Shown here: positions 35,701 through 52,368 of the stretch, in pieces
Position numbering within the stretch: position 1 is the stretch's first letter
Layout: every line of letters starts with the position of its first letter
Assembly: GCA_964276515.1 (NCBI GenBank)
Contig: OZ193909.1
Coordinates: forward strand, 13,702,001-13,766,000
DNA length: 64,000 nt
Direction of reading: 5' to 3'
Source: Gordius albopunctatus
Taxonomy: Eukaryota
Program-made: the position numbers and the translations under genes
Notes under the pieces: generated by a model
What the model was told of the DNA's origin: nothing
The model's database searches: none
Seen by the model: the letters and a program-made list of their open reading frames with translations, nothing else

Positions 35701-37305
35701 TAAATTTCGAAGATTTGGCTGATTTTTTGCAGAAATGCAAGGAAATCTTGGCTCAGGAATACCATACGTTTTGCAAAGCCGTCAGGCAATACAAGTAAGC
35801 AACTTATGAAAAATTTAAACTTCCCATGATTTATTATAATATCCAATTTTCAATGTTAAGAAAATCTATAATCTCTTTCCAAAATATTAGAAACCTATTT
35901 AAAATGTACATTCTAATAGTCTTCATTTTATCTTAAAAGTAAACTCATGTGATTAAATTGTCAAAGTTTTTTAATTGAATAAGCATTGAATATTTAATTT
36001 TAGTTAAAATGCATAATATATAATTTTTAACTATTTATATGTAATATCGTTTATGTATGTAAATAATCTTAATTTTAATTTGAAAGGTTAGACGGCGTGG
36101 TGGAAACTTTAATCTATTCACTGCGTCAAATATTTCCTAATTCAACAGCCAATTTCCCCTACATATCGTTCGTTAATCGGTAACTATAATTTTGTACTGC
36201 ATTTCAATTCATATTTATTGATACATATATATATATATAGAAAAACTAGTTTTAAAATTAAATTAAATGATTATTATGTTTTTTCTTCGTAGATATTTTT
36301 TGCGGAGTAGAGAAGACATTATGATGTTTGAGCGCCATTGCTTACCATTTTACAGTGCAGAAGGGATCATTAAGCACGGCGATATAAGTGACCTCGCTAC
36401 AACCATACCGCTCATTCCCAACTCTGTAAGACATCCAAGATTTGTATTAGGATTTGCATACTTATGTCCATCATTAAAGATTTATGGAAGACTTTCCACG
36501 GAGTTTAATACGTGTTTCATCTTTTCACAATATTCTTTTTCTTTATCAAGTATTTGGTTCCACATTCGTGGGGTTTGTTTTGATGAGTTGAATGTGCCAT
36601 GTCTTGATTAATCTTCTTCTCTTCCTCTCTTCCCCAGTACCTCGATATCATTGCATTTTAATAAATTTTTGCATCCATGAAACTCCCGATAAATGTTTAA
36701 TTTAAAAATATTAAATAACGGTGAGTCAATTATAGTGGTTATGCGTTAAAGTCCAACATGGTTCTCTAACCAATCTGACAAAGGTTTGGGTTAAAGGTTT
36801 AACTAGGACGGGCTCAATTCTGGAATCATAATAATTTAAATTATAATTTGCAACCTGAAATGGAAACTTATATGCAAACTTTTGCACTGTTTGGATCATT
36901 TGCAATCATTATCAGTGCTGGATATTATTAGTAGTGCAAAAATTTTTTATAAGCCTAATTCAAAAGTGAGTTTAAAATTAAAGATTATTCTGGTTTCGTT
37001 ATTAGATTTCACTCCAAGACGAACAGGGTAAGTCATCTCAGGGTGAGAGCTGTCGTCTACCTCTTAAAGATATTGACACTTATAAGCTCGTTCCTCAAAA
37101 CCGGACTTTCCCATGGTTTCCGAAAATCACCGAACGCCAGCCACAATCCGCTTCGGCTATTACGGCATCGCAAATAAATTGTCCCGATCGGGCACCCGAT
37201 TTAAAAAAACGAGCTCGCCGAATTAAAAGTTACGAGGATAGGGGAAAGAAAAAAATGAACGACCGACTGCAACCTTCTATAATCGACCATTTTCGCAAAA
37301 AATAA
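11731..37305 (+). CDS. RTEL1: Regulator of telomere elongation helicase 1, ~1352 aa. Exons 11731-11869, 11915-12243, 12431-12695, 13780-14068, 17777-18051, 19362-19600, 29445-29573, 29811-30010, 30651-30850, 31309-31578, 32969-33171, 33669-33894, 34705-35264, 35586-35794, 36087-36179, 36293-36425, 37006-37305
   Basis: [31 protein letters not shown], four Fe-S cysteines, [48 protein letters not shown], a harmonin-N-like segment ([25 protein letters not shown]) and a C-terminal PIP-like QPSIIDHF. All splice phases are consistent; the last five exons are less certain. Confidence 0.92.
14658..15379. mobile_element. Non-autonomous hAT element (722 bp) in RTEL1 intron 4
   Basis: 19-bp TIR TAGAGATGCACCGATACCA, 8-bp TSD TTTATAAT on both sides, multiple subterminal GCCGATAC repeats. 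Confidence 0.93.
15453..17346. mobile_element. HINE/DINE-1-like or foldback-type non-coding element carrying a tandem array; boundaries approximate
   Basis: 20-bp TTGCTATGCAATTTATGGGC at 15478 and 15622, with its reverse complement at 17300-17319; an imperfect hairpin follows (17322-17345); internal tandem array; the same end motif recurs at ~2211-2230. Confidence 0.5.
15735..16995. repeat. Complex tandem array of 9 hairpin cores ACTGACCAATGGAAAAAATGACCATTGGCCAAAGTG
   Basis: Cores start at 15735, 15857, 16132, 16229, 16357, 16640, 16769, 16866, 16962; spacings 122, 275, 97, 128, 283, 129, 97, 96. Confidence 0.92.
19976..20122 (+). repeat. Diverged inverted repeat, partner at 28674-28796; transposon-end-like (TAGTGTTGTGA)
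   Basis: Aligns by eye with the reverse complement of 28674-28796, e.g. CTACAGT.ATCTTATGGTGTTGACAAAA.AGCCAC. Confidence 0.8.
20135..21415. pseudogene. Scrambled Gypsy integrase fragments in both orientations (20135-20625, ~21230-21415), interrupted by a non-LTR fragment
   Basis: [28 protein letters not shown] and [17 protein letters not shown] peptides resemble the integrase of element 1. Confidence 0.7.
20630..21225 (-). mobile_element. 5'-truncated non-LTR retrotransposon fragment with a restriction-like endonuclease (CRE-like)
   Basis: GHH..NC, RH..IN, EP.GL...DGKRPDG.T..PW.RG...WD, ERKK.EKY and TLG.LGPEG motifs; stop at 20697; AATAAA and a short A-tract at ~20630-20657 on the minus strand. 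Confidence 0.8.
21713..25916 (-). mobile_element. Gypsy/Ty3 LTR retrotransposon 2 (Mag-like), 4204 bp, in RTEL1 intron 6
   Basis: 175-bp LTRs at 21713-21887 and 25742-25916 with 2 mismatches; 5-bp TSD ATTCT (21708-21712, 25917-25921); PBS TGGCGACGAGGAT complementary to the 3' end of tRNA-Ser(GCU); PPT AAAAGGGGGAG. Confidence 0.97.
21900..25635 (-). pseudogene. gag-pol of Gypsy element 2, with one frameshift
   Basis: [27 protein letters not shown], RNase H, integrase. An apparent 2-nt loss in AGAGAG at ~23403 shifts DREA.. to DRGIGS..*. Confidence 0.92.
27348..27592. mobile_element. Solo LTR, 245 bp
   Basis: TGT...ACA termini with imperfect short inverted ends; 5-bp TSD ACATC (27343-27347, 27593-27597); TATATAAA followed by ATTAAA inside. 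Confidence 0.8.
28674..28796 (-). repeat. Diverged inverted repeat, partner at 19976-20122
   Basis: Ends TCACAACACTA, the reverse complement of TAGTGTTGTGA. Confidence 0.8.
29159..29302. mobile_element. hAT-type MITE, CATGGGCGTAGCC family
   Basis: TIR CATGGGC(T/G)TAGC...GCTACGCCCATG; 8-bp TSD AATTCATT. Confidence 0.9.
31983..32144. mobile_element. hAT-type MITE, same family, degenerate
   Basis: Starts CATGGGCGTAGCC and shares the internal AATGATTTAGGG/TTTTGGATTTAGAGGG sequence; no clear TSD. Confidence 0.7.
32735..32905. mobile_element. hAT-type MITE, same family, opposite orientation
   Basis: CATGGGTGTAGTC...GCTACGCCCACG; flanks CTAATACA and CCTATACA (degenerate TSD). Confidence 0.8.
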
Positions 37306-38102
37306 CTTTTTTAAAATCGCGTTTAAATCATTTTTCAATCATTCCGTGTCGCATGTTTTTATTACGACCGTTAAAAAAATTTTTAAGATTGTTTCTAACT
37401 AACTAGAAAATTTCGGGTTCGTAAAATCGGGTGATAATATTATTAATAATTTAAATATCAATATCTTAACTGTTTCCTTCACGGTTTAGAAAGGGATAAT
37501 ATTATTAATTACCATGTCAAATTATTATACAAGAAAATTTTTTGTTTTTATGTTAAGCATTATTGGCTAAATGGCCAAGTTTTATCAAAGGAAATGACCT
37601 TTGATTAATGATTGATTAATCAAAACGCTTTTTGACGACGGTCAAAAATTTTACCATTCACAAACATCTATTTTATCATACGAAAGTTTTGTTGGTAGGG
37701 ATATTGAATAATAATAGAGATATGTTTCAAAAGTCGTAATTTTAAAAAGTTGGTTTTTAAAGCAACCTGCTAATTCAATGCAATCGCCCCCCTTCTTTGC
37801 GTTACATGTCCTGCTTGGATCATTTAGCTCATAATGAACGTAAACTGAGGCTGCAAACTAAAGAAAATTGGCCGTGGTCGGGCGAAGGTAGTATTTAAAA
37901 CACCACCTTCATGTAGTGGGCTTAAGCAAGCCACAGAAGGCACTTTAAAAAGGGAGAAGTGTCGTGTAATACATAAATCTTTTCTTTCCATTTCCCCTGG
38001 GTTGGTTTTGTTTTTACCGCATTAGGCATACATATCATACAGAAATCTTAATTTTTTATTAAATATATTTATTACGTAATGGAGATAAATTTACATAAGA
38101 GA

Positions 38103-39175
38103 CTAGCTGTGCCCGGCCAAGCGTTGCTTTGGCTCAGTCCTTAAGTGATTAAATAAGTATAACCTATTAATAAGACTTATCTAAAATGGGGTCATATATT
38201 AAATAATAATAATTCAAATAAATAAAATATCCATAATATTTATTTAGAGCACGAATTTTATCACGTCATGGATTTTATGAATCCACTATTTTTAGCCAAA
38301 TGCGAATTCTGTTTTAGTCATCAAATTCGACTAAAATTAAATGTTTTTGAAAAAATTGCTGATAAATGCTGTTACTTATTATACAATAATACCATTATTT
38401 TATATTTCTAGTTAGCTGATTTATTTGAAATACAATTTTATTTAATATAATAAAATAATTTAAGGATGGATTTCAGCCTTGTATGTATGACGTCATTATT
38501 TTATATTATGCTATAAATGAAACTAGCCGGGAAATGTCCGATATTTTTAAAAGGAAAAGGTATATTCTGAAAAAAATATTTTACCCCTGGCCGCCCTGGG
38601 AACCTACGGGTAATGTTTCGAGTGAATTGGGCCGCCGGTAGTTTCAGAATTTATCCCTTTTTTAAACTAAAAGAAATTTTAGGATTCTGCAAAAGCTATT
38701 AATTTAAATTTTATTTATTTAATTTAGATATTTGATTAAACCCCAATAATTTTGACCCTATACTGTAACATTTTTATTATACTTTTAAATATCTAATTAG
38801 AGAAAACTTCAGCCTTGTATGTATGACGTCATTATTGTATATGCTGCTATAAATTAAACTGGCCGGTAAATGTGCGATATTTTTAAAACGAAAAGGTATT
38901 TTAGGACTCTGAAAAAGCTATTTTACCCCTGGCCGCCTTGGGCATCTACGGCTAAATTTTCGCGCGAATCGGGCCGGTATTTTTAGAATTAAGCCATTTT
39001 TTAAAACTAAAAGGAATTTTAGGATTCTAAAAAGGCTATTTTACCCCTGGCCGCCCTGGGCATCTACGGTTAAATTTTCGCTCGAATCGGGGCGGTAGTT
39101 TCAGAGATTAGCCCATACATACATACACATATATATATATATATATATAGACTTTACTTTATATATATAAATAGA
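38103..39175 (-). mobile_element. Non-autonomous Helitron (~1.07 kb) with internal direct repeats and a microsatellite
   Basis: Minus strand starts TC and ends CTAG, between host A and T. Subterminal hairpin GCCAAAGC-AAC-GCTTGGC; (TA)n/(TGTA)n near the 5' end; internal repeats at ~38472/38808 and 38578/38919/39037. Confidence 0.8.
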
Positions 39176-40155
39176 TTAAAAATTTATAAATTGTTTTAAA
39201 GATTTTAACAGTAATGCTTGTTTTACTCAACGTTTTTTGAAAGACCATTTATACTAATCCTAATATAAACTTGCAGAGCAATTAATGACTTATTTTTAAT
39301 AATTTTAATTTATTGGGGCCTATTTCATTACTAATGTTTATACTTGTGCAACCTTAAAATAAAATCTCATTAGAGGTATCTTATAAAAATGATAGCAAAA
39401 TTTTTAAAAAGATTATTAAAAATTATTTTTTTTAAAAAATGCTAAAATGTATCAACCTTTGGACATAGTGGAAAACGTAAACCCTTTTTGACGAAATAAA
39501 TTTTGCTAAAGGTTATAGATTACACCTCATTAAAAATTTAATCTTACTTAAGAAAAAAATATTTTTAAAGCCATCTAGTCAATTCTAATCGCTACAAAAT
39601 TATATGGTAGTCATTCTCAACTTTTTATAACGTCATATTCTTTAATATATTTCCCTGAACGAGAACCTCTATCGTCATAAAATTAAAAACCAATACATTT
39701 TGAATTTAAAAGGGATACGCGATTATTATTGGAAAAAACGATTGTTTGAAAAAATTAAATTCGAGTAATACGTCCGTGACTAAATAATCATAAACCCATT
39801 GCTGTTTTTATAAACTATTTTTTCCATCATTATAAATATATTTTGAAACATTTCCCCGAGGTAATTTTTTCGGGAAGCATAGAGTTTAAGAATTAAATAA
39901 GAGAAAAAATCATCGCTTTAAATTAAAATAAATATCAGTTAATATAAAACTAGGAGCCAATGTCTACAAATTGAGTTGTACCTTATTTGACGTGTTTTTA
40001 CAAGTACCAAAATTACATTGTAAATTGTTTATGGATGGACACGACGTGTCAAATGTTTGACCTTTAATATAAGAAAATTTGTTCAATCTTAGTACCTGTC
40101 AATGTCAATTCTTTGTTGTTCCTCTAAGGCAATTCGATAGAAAAAATTAATTGAA

Positions 40156-43100
40156 ATGTCCATTGTTGAACCACCTAATTCTTTAAATTATCAAGCTTTT
40201 ATTGCATTATTCGGAACCTATTTGGCTTGTTTTATTATTGGTGGTAAGAATCTTACTTGAAATTAGATGGATTCGATTAACCAAAGGGTGTTTTTTATTA
40301 TTTTTTGTTTTCGAATATATAGAATAAGTTTTAAGTTATGCCAAATACCACCATAAACATATAAAAGTCTCATTTATTTATGGTAATTTGAGAATATAAA
40401 GTTAAGTTGGGCATAATTCTTCTTCCAATACAAAAATACTAATTTTACTTCATATCTAGCTCACCTATATAATTTGTGATTTTCATTTTAGAAAGACTTT
40501 ACAGTCAAATTAATATACAACTTTTGGCGGAAATAGGCTGAAATCCTTGTTATCATTTTTTTGTTATGGCTGATTCTATTTAATCAAAGGTAAATCGGCG
40601 CGATCTTGGTTCAAACAGGAGGATAAAAAGAGGCGAGTAGCCAAAATTTCTAAAGGGGCACGGCCCACGGGAATTATTATACAAACATTATTTAATAAAT
40701 ATCGTCATATTTATAAAACAATGTTAACTTCTAGTAAAATGTTTTGATTAAATATGGTTTTGATCTTAATCCATGAAGCAATTGCGATACAATGTTTAAA
40801 AACCAGGGCGTTAAAATTTAAAATACAATATATCATTTCTAGAGCTGTTAAAGTTCCTCTTAGATATGAACTAGTTCAAGTTCATAGTTCAATTTGCAAA
40901 ATAAATTAGTTCAAGTTCATATTTTTTCAAAAGTAACTAGTTCAAGTTCATCCAAAAAAACGAACTAGTTCAGTTCTTAGTTCAAATTTTACAAAATGAA
41001 CTAGTTCAAGTTCAGTTCAATTTTTTTTAATATTATAGAAATTTAATCCAGTTGAAAAACGTTTTATCTAATCCAAAATTAGTTTTTTAATCTAAGTCTA
41101 ATCAGCAATTTTACAATTCTATGAATCAAATATTATTTGATGGTGAAGTTTAATTATTTAAACTTATTATTATTTATTTTAAATTAAAAATAGTCTATTA
41201 TAAAATCTAATTTAATTAACAATTTCATATAAAACTTTTTTATACACAACTAAATAAGCTACATGTGTAAAACCTTTATTTTTCATTTCAAACAATATAT
41301 AAAATTACAATTTAAATAGAAATCAGGGGGAAGTAGATGGGAATTGGACTTCAACAAGATATTATTTTCAAAATTATCATTTAATAAAGAAGAACGTTTA
41401 TCCCGAAATATGAGTTCTCCTTAGCTGAAAAGCCTTTCAACAGGAGCACTAGATGGGAGGCAAACGTTATATTTAATAAAAATTTGTTTTAAATGGGGAA
41501 ACTCGTTATATATTTCAAAAGATGTATTGTTTATTTTACAAAGTTCTCAATGATTTCTTTATTTGAATCTTCCTGTCTGATGTCAAGGAAATCCAACCCA
41601 TTGTAAGTTTGGGGGTTCACATTTTCTGCATTTGATGGCAAGATTGAATGAATGGCTTTTAAGATTCTATATTTCTCCTGATTTTTTGATAATCTTATCC
41701 AAGCTCAATCTGTTTTGAACATTGGATGCAGGACAGCTGCAATAATGTTGTCATCATCATAGAGATCTGTAAATCGTGAACCCATAAGATTTATAAAATT
41801 AGAATCAATATTAAATATCTGATGTTTATGCCTTTTAAAATAGCCTCTTTTAGGGGTTCGCCCCACTTCAAACTAACCATGTTCTGTAAACATATCTGAA
41901 TTTGGCTTATGGTAGGTGTATAATATGCCATATACATATATGATTGCTCCTCTAAAATTTCAAGAGCTTTTGCTAGTGGCTACATAACCTTAAAAATTAA
42001 ATACAACCAAATCAAATCTCACCATGTGGTATTCCTGCAAAAAACCACATTCTTGTAAAGACAACCTGTCAAGCCTCAATTCATCACAAAGCATATGAAA
42101 TTCATTGGCTTTTTCTTCAATCATTTTGTTTATAACAGAGATGGAATTGAAAGTTGAATTCCATCTCGTTATTACGGGGTATGGTATTTGGCAGCCCAAA
42201 CGTTTTTGTATTAGTTGAGCTGATACTGTAATCCTACTGTGTGAATTCCAGATAGCTTGGCATTTGGCAAAGGTGGAAGAGTATATTTTTGTAAGTAAGT
42301 TGTTATCCTTTAAAATTTTATTAACATCAGTAGTGGCAATCAGGTTTAACGTGTGACAGGCACACCTCCTATGTCTGGGGAGATAATCATAATCTTCTTT
42401 ATCCTGGCCCTCTAAACCAACACGAGCCAGTATATCCTCAAGAGATACTAATTCCTCCTGATTGTCATCCTTTTTATTAGAAATCCTATAAAAAAGTTAA
42501 TAATGTATATTTATATAAATGTTACCTGAATGCTTTTACAAAATTTGAACCATTGTCAGTAATTGTACATGTTTTTATTCTGTATATGATATTCTTTATA
42601 AATTTGTGTGAGGGTTTTGCACAAGACATCATAAGTGTGTCTTCCTTCTAAAGATTTGCAAGCTAAAATTGCATCAACTCTTTCTAGACTTTCATTGTCT
42701 ATCCAATCAGCTGTTTAAATACATGTTTTCTACAGATAAACATTACTTATTAAATGCAGTCCAATAGTCTGCAGTTGTACTGACATATTTGGGGGCCAAC
42801 AATTTTGTTCTAAGAATGTCTTTCATCCTTCCAGCTAATTTCATTACCCTTCCTGTAAGGGTTTGCCTACATATGGTTTTGATATTGGGATTGAATGTCC
42901 TCAATAATTCATTGAAATGTTGATCATCGCATAATGAAAATGGCTGATTGGCATTTATAATATATTTTATAATTGCCATTTGGGTGTACTGTTTATCCAT
43001 AGGGCGGTCTAGAACCATCTGTTTAAATTTTTCCTTTTTAAGGCGACAAGAATTCCCAGGTTTATTTTTAATTGCTCTCTTTATCTCATCAACCTTATGA

Positions 43101-46042
43101 GAATGAGAAACCTAATTTTAGAATATTATTTATACGAATACTCATTTATTAATTATTACCTTTATATGTCTCCATATATTGGCTGTTGATGTTCTTGATG
43201 CAGCAATAATCTTCTTACCTACACACAATTTACACCTGGCCTTGATTGAATTTTTATTAGACTATACGAATTTAAAATAATCTTCCATCGAAGGCCAAGG
43301 TAAAGAGTTGGATAGATCAGAACATGCTGCATCATTCACACTATCCACTTCTGAGGATATATTATAAGTAGAACCACTATCAATATCCATCTTTAAAAAT
43401 TAAATACACATATAAATCACAATTAAACAAATGATTCTTACTGACAATAATACAGATTCGATTGCAGTTTTCTATAAATAATTAAAGGCGCGTTTAATAA
43501 ATCGTCTTGTTTATAAAACAATAAAACTCGGCTTATAAATTAAATTTAAATAATAATTTTTGCGATGAACTAGTTCATTTATATTGTAAAGTTCAAGTTC
43601 GTAATAGTAAAAAAGTAACTAGTTCAAGTTCAACTTTTAAAAAAAGGAACTAGTTCAATTTTTGGAAAGGTAGCTAGTTCAATTCGAAGTTCAGACAAAA
43701 GTGAACTAGTTCATCTTCAATTTGAATTCTTAACAGCTCTAATCATTTCCTTTGAGTAGGGTAATTCCTGAAAAATTGTCAATTGTAAAACCGTCTAATG
43801 TTATTTTCTTATGTGTGTTTAGGTAAAAAAACTGCACTCATTCGTTGATAAGGTTATGGATAGAAAGGCTACTATACAAAAGGAATGTCATTTATTGGGA
43901 CATGGCTTTAAAAGATGTTAGAAACTCTCATTTTATGTTTGTTTGTACCCTTTAAATCACTTAAGTAACTCAGACTCAGCCAAATAAATAATTTTTCTAA
44001 AGAGTTTGTCAAGACAAATGATGGATCTTATGGAACCAAGGGTGAAAGTAACGACCCTAATTTTTTGAATCGTTCATTCAGATTTAAAATAAAGTATCGA
44101 GGGACGAGTTGTAATATTTCATAGTATACCTCAAGTGATTGAGTTGGAAGACAACTCCCCCCACCATCCCCTTTCTTGGCAACGCACTTAGGCTAAATTT
44201 TGTTTAACAAATAAATAAATTTTATATGCAAATGGTCCCATCTCTATTCTTAAAACTCCCGCTTTTATTCTATTTTCTAAAAAATATTTTCTGCGGACAG
44301 GTTGGTCAAACGCCTAAGACATATCTAACAGAGTTTTGAGATTTTAACGCATTTTAATGATATTAAACTTATTGCATCTTATAATTTTTGATAATTTAAA
44401 TTTTTATCGATAAGGTTTATGCTATTCGACTGGGATATATTACGCTCGATACATCGTCCTTTTCCCTAATAAAAGTATAATGGTAGCTATAACCTCAAGC
44501 TCCCCGGCAACTCTATACTTTTTACTAGGACCATTCTCCTTGTGGCTCACTGCTCGAATAGGACCATGTTTAGTAATATTTAACCTTTTACCACATATTA
44601 TAAAATATATAAGACAAGAATTAGTATTATTTTACCACAGTTGAAAATTTAAACCCACAAACTTTTAATTAATGTATAGATTAAATAAGAAAAGTTTCAA
44701 CATTGTTTAATTCCCCTAAAAAAGTTATTAGAATGAATTACATTTTTTGCTTAAATTTCAATTAAAAATATACATCTCAATTATGCCAACATTTATACAG
44801 ACAATCTCAATAGGAGCCCTAACAGGAACGGTAGGCTATTTGGCATCAGCATTCCTTACAAGCATTAATCTTTTGTGCCTGACGCAAGGAATATTATTGG
44901 GAGTTGGATGTGGATTAGTTATGGCTCCAACATTTTGTCATTTCAAACTACTTTTTCCCACTAGACACTATGCTGTCGCGAATGCTCTCACCCTCTCAGG
45001 CCTTTCTCTGGGTTATTTCGTGTTTCCTTACATATTAGAAGCATTCATAGACTCGTACGGGATCGGCAATTCACTCCTAATTACTTCAGCCATTTATGCT
45101 AACACATTCGCAGTTGCTATCACATTTTACGATCCTGCTGTTAAGCGGCCAATCTTCTCAGTCAAATTATCAATTCCAAACAAAGAGTGGTTGGATTTTT
45201 TCAAGCTAAAGATTCAAAATTGCAAAAATATTGTGAAGCCTGATGGATATAGCGGTAGAAAGTTGGGAAGCGATATAATTAACGTAATAATTTTCATGTT
45301 GTATGCCTTTTTAGAGCAAGCTGCAGGTTCGATTTTCATCGTTATGCTGCCCAATTACTTGTTACGTTCCAACGCGGTTAACACAGAAAGCATTGCTTCA
45401 ACTTTAATTTCCCTAACAGCTCTAGGAGATTTTGCGGGGAGTATATCTATCGTAGCCCTTGGATTTTTCATGATTCTAACCAATTTATTACCAAAAAAAG
45501 AGTTAAGTCCATCTTTCAAAGAGACAACGCACGACACAGCGATTTCGAAGCTATGTGTAAGGTGCAAACTACTATTTAGTAGCTTAAAGAGTCATCATAT
45601 TGCTGTAATTAAAAATTTTAGCCCTATCTATAAACTGTATCTCTTTTTCATAACGCTAATAATTCACTTAGTCATATATGGCATATTTCTCGTTAAAAAA
45701 TCCACCGAGTGGACACTGCCACAACTGAGAACCATTGTGCTCATATACGGACATTCGTATGGTGCCAGGTGGGCTCTAACCAATCCCGTACTAATTGATA
45801 TGTTCGGGGGAGGCAAATTTTCTAAAATGACCGGTCATTATTTTACGGCTGCTGGTCTGGGTTCCTTATGCGGAGTTACAATGGCTACTTGGTTTTCTAG
45901 TCGATATAACAATGAGACTATCATGTTTTACATCACTACCACAATCACGTTATGTGCAATCACGTGTTATTTCAAATTGTTTTTAATCGCGTTCCATAAA
46001 TCTAGCGATAACAAAGAAGAGGGCAGTGTTACGCGATTGTAA
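40156..46042 (+). CDS. MFS transporter, SLC16/monocarboxylate transporter-like, ~495 aa. Exons 40156-40243, 44415-44572, 44801-46042
   Basis: Many hydrophobic helices; MCT-like motifs (EPP near the N-terminus, [47 protein letters not shown]); splice phases are consistent. Confidence 0.85.
40840..43741 (-). mobile_element. hAT DNA transposon (2902 bp) with a decayed, intron-containing transposase, in intron 1 of the MFS gene
   Basis: TIR TAGAGCTGTTAA; 8-bp TSD ATCATTTC (40832-40839, 43742-43749); subterminal GAACTAGTTC repeats; BED finger (CKLC..WRH), [38 protein letters not shown]; in-frame stops and frameshifts. Confidence 0.95.
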
Positions 46043-46642
46043 TTGATTATTAACTTTAATCAAACATTTATGTATGATGATTTAGAATTATAAAAAGTGT
46101 TTTGATTGGCTTAGATCTAATTTACATTTGCATTTAACGAAAGAAAAAAATAGATTTTTAAAGGTTATTTCCTAAAACTCCTAAATTCATTTCGAGTATA
46201 TTGGTCGATCGGAGCAAAAACTTGCGAGTTCATCGAAATCATTAAGTGGAAAAATGCACTGTTATTTTGGGTCTACAAATATTTATTTGCAAAAATAATA
46301 TACATTTTTGTATACAGAAAATTGTAATTTTTGTCAAACCGATGTCAAAATTTCAAACCTTCGTAATTTTAAAAAAAAATCATGAATCTGTCAGCTCCTT
46401 CAAAATAAACTTTTTTAAATGACGACACTAAAAATTCATCCATAACCTTAAACACGATTTTAACATCACGTAAGAGTTAAGAAAAGATATTATGCCAGTA
46501 TTCATTTTTTCACTAGAATTTCCATCAAAAGGAATGAGGTTTTAGATAGAACGCATAAACGAAAAAAAGTTCGCTGTAAGTTTATATACGTTTTCACGAA
46601 GACAAAAAATGGTCGATAATCGAAATTGTGGGGTAAAATCAA

Positions 46643-51432
<4,790 letters not shown>

Positions 51433-51489
51433 TTAAAAAATTAGACCCAATAATGATTATATAAAGTGAGGATATAGCAATTTAGGTCT

Positions 51490-52368
51490 GGGCTATTCCA
51501 TGACATATCAAAACGGTTTCGGCCCACCATCTCAGATCGAGCTGATTTTTTGTGAGAATTTAGACCCTATAGGAAATAGTAATTTCTGAAAATTTTAACC
51601 ATTTTGGGCCAATACTTTTTAAGTTATGGACGCTAAAATGGCCAAAATCACGCTCGAGTGCGTTTTACAAATTTTACTATTATTGCCATAATTTCAAAAG
51701 TATTGGTTCTAGCTTCGTAAATTTTATTGCATTTTAATCCTTATAAAATTCTCTACCAGAAAAATGTAACCTAAAACCTCAAACTTTTGTGGTTGAAGTT
51801 TTGTGGTTAAATTTGTGGAAAACCAAAAAAACTTACTTCGCCACCAGCTATAATCACCAAATTCACCATGGGGATTCCCCTATGTCCAAATATCAAATTT
51901 CTAAAATAAAAAGTTTGGGGACGGCTATGAGGTGGTCAGGAAATCGAAAAAACACTAATAAATTAAATTAATTTATAGGTGGCGCTATAAACAACTATTG
52001 CGAATCTGATATTTTAACTATACTTTATTATTAAAGGGCCACATAAAGATATATCTGATAAATAAACAAAGTTGGAATATAACCTTATGAAAAATTCTTA
52101 AATATTGACTTAATTAAAAACAAATTAAGGGAATTCGATATTACATTATGACTTTTTATCTAAATTATACAGGGTTAGATTACAATTGCTTGGAACGATT
52201 AGTTTTATTAAATCTGAAAGAACTTTATTTACAATTTAAAGAAGCGAATCCCAGTGTTCAACTTGGCTTTTCAAAGTTTGCAGAGTTAAGGCCCAAAAAT
52301 TGCATTTTAGCGGGAGTAAGTGGCAGTCACAATGTCTGTGTTTGCCAATACCATCAGAATGTCAAATT
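51490..52368 (+). mobile_element. Partial inverted, internally deleted copy of the adjacent Sola2-like transposon
   Basis: 51490-52193 is the reverse complement of 55652-56355; 52194-52368 is the reverse complement of transposase segment 54567-54741. Confidence 0.92.
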
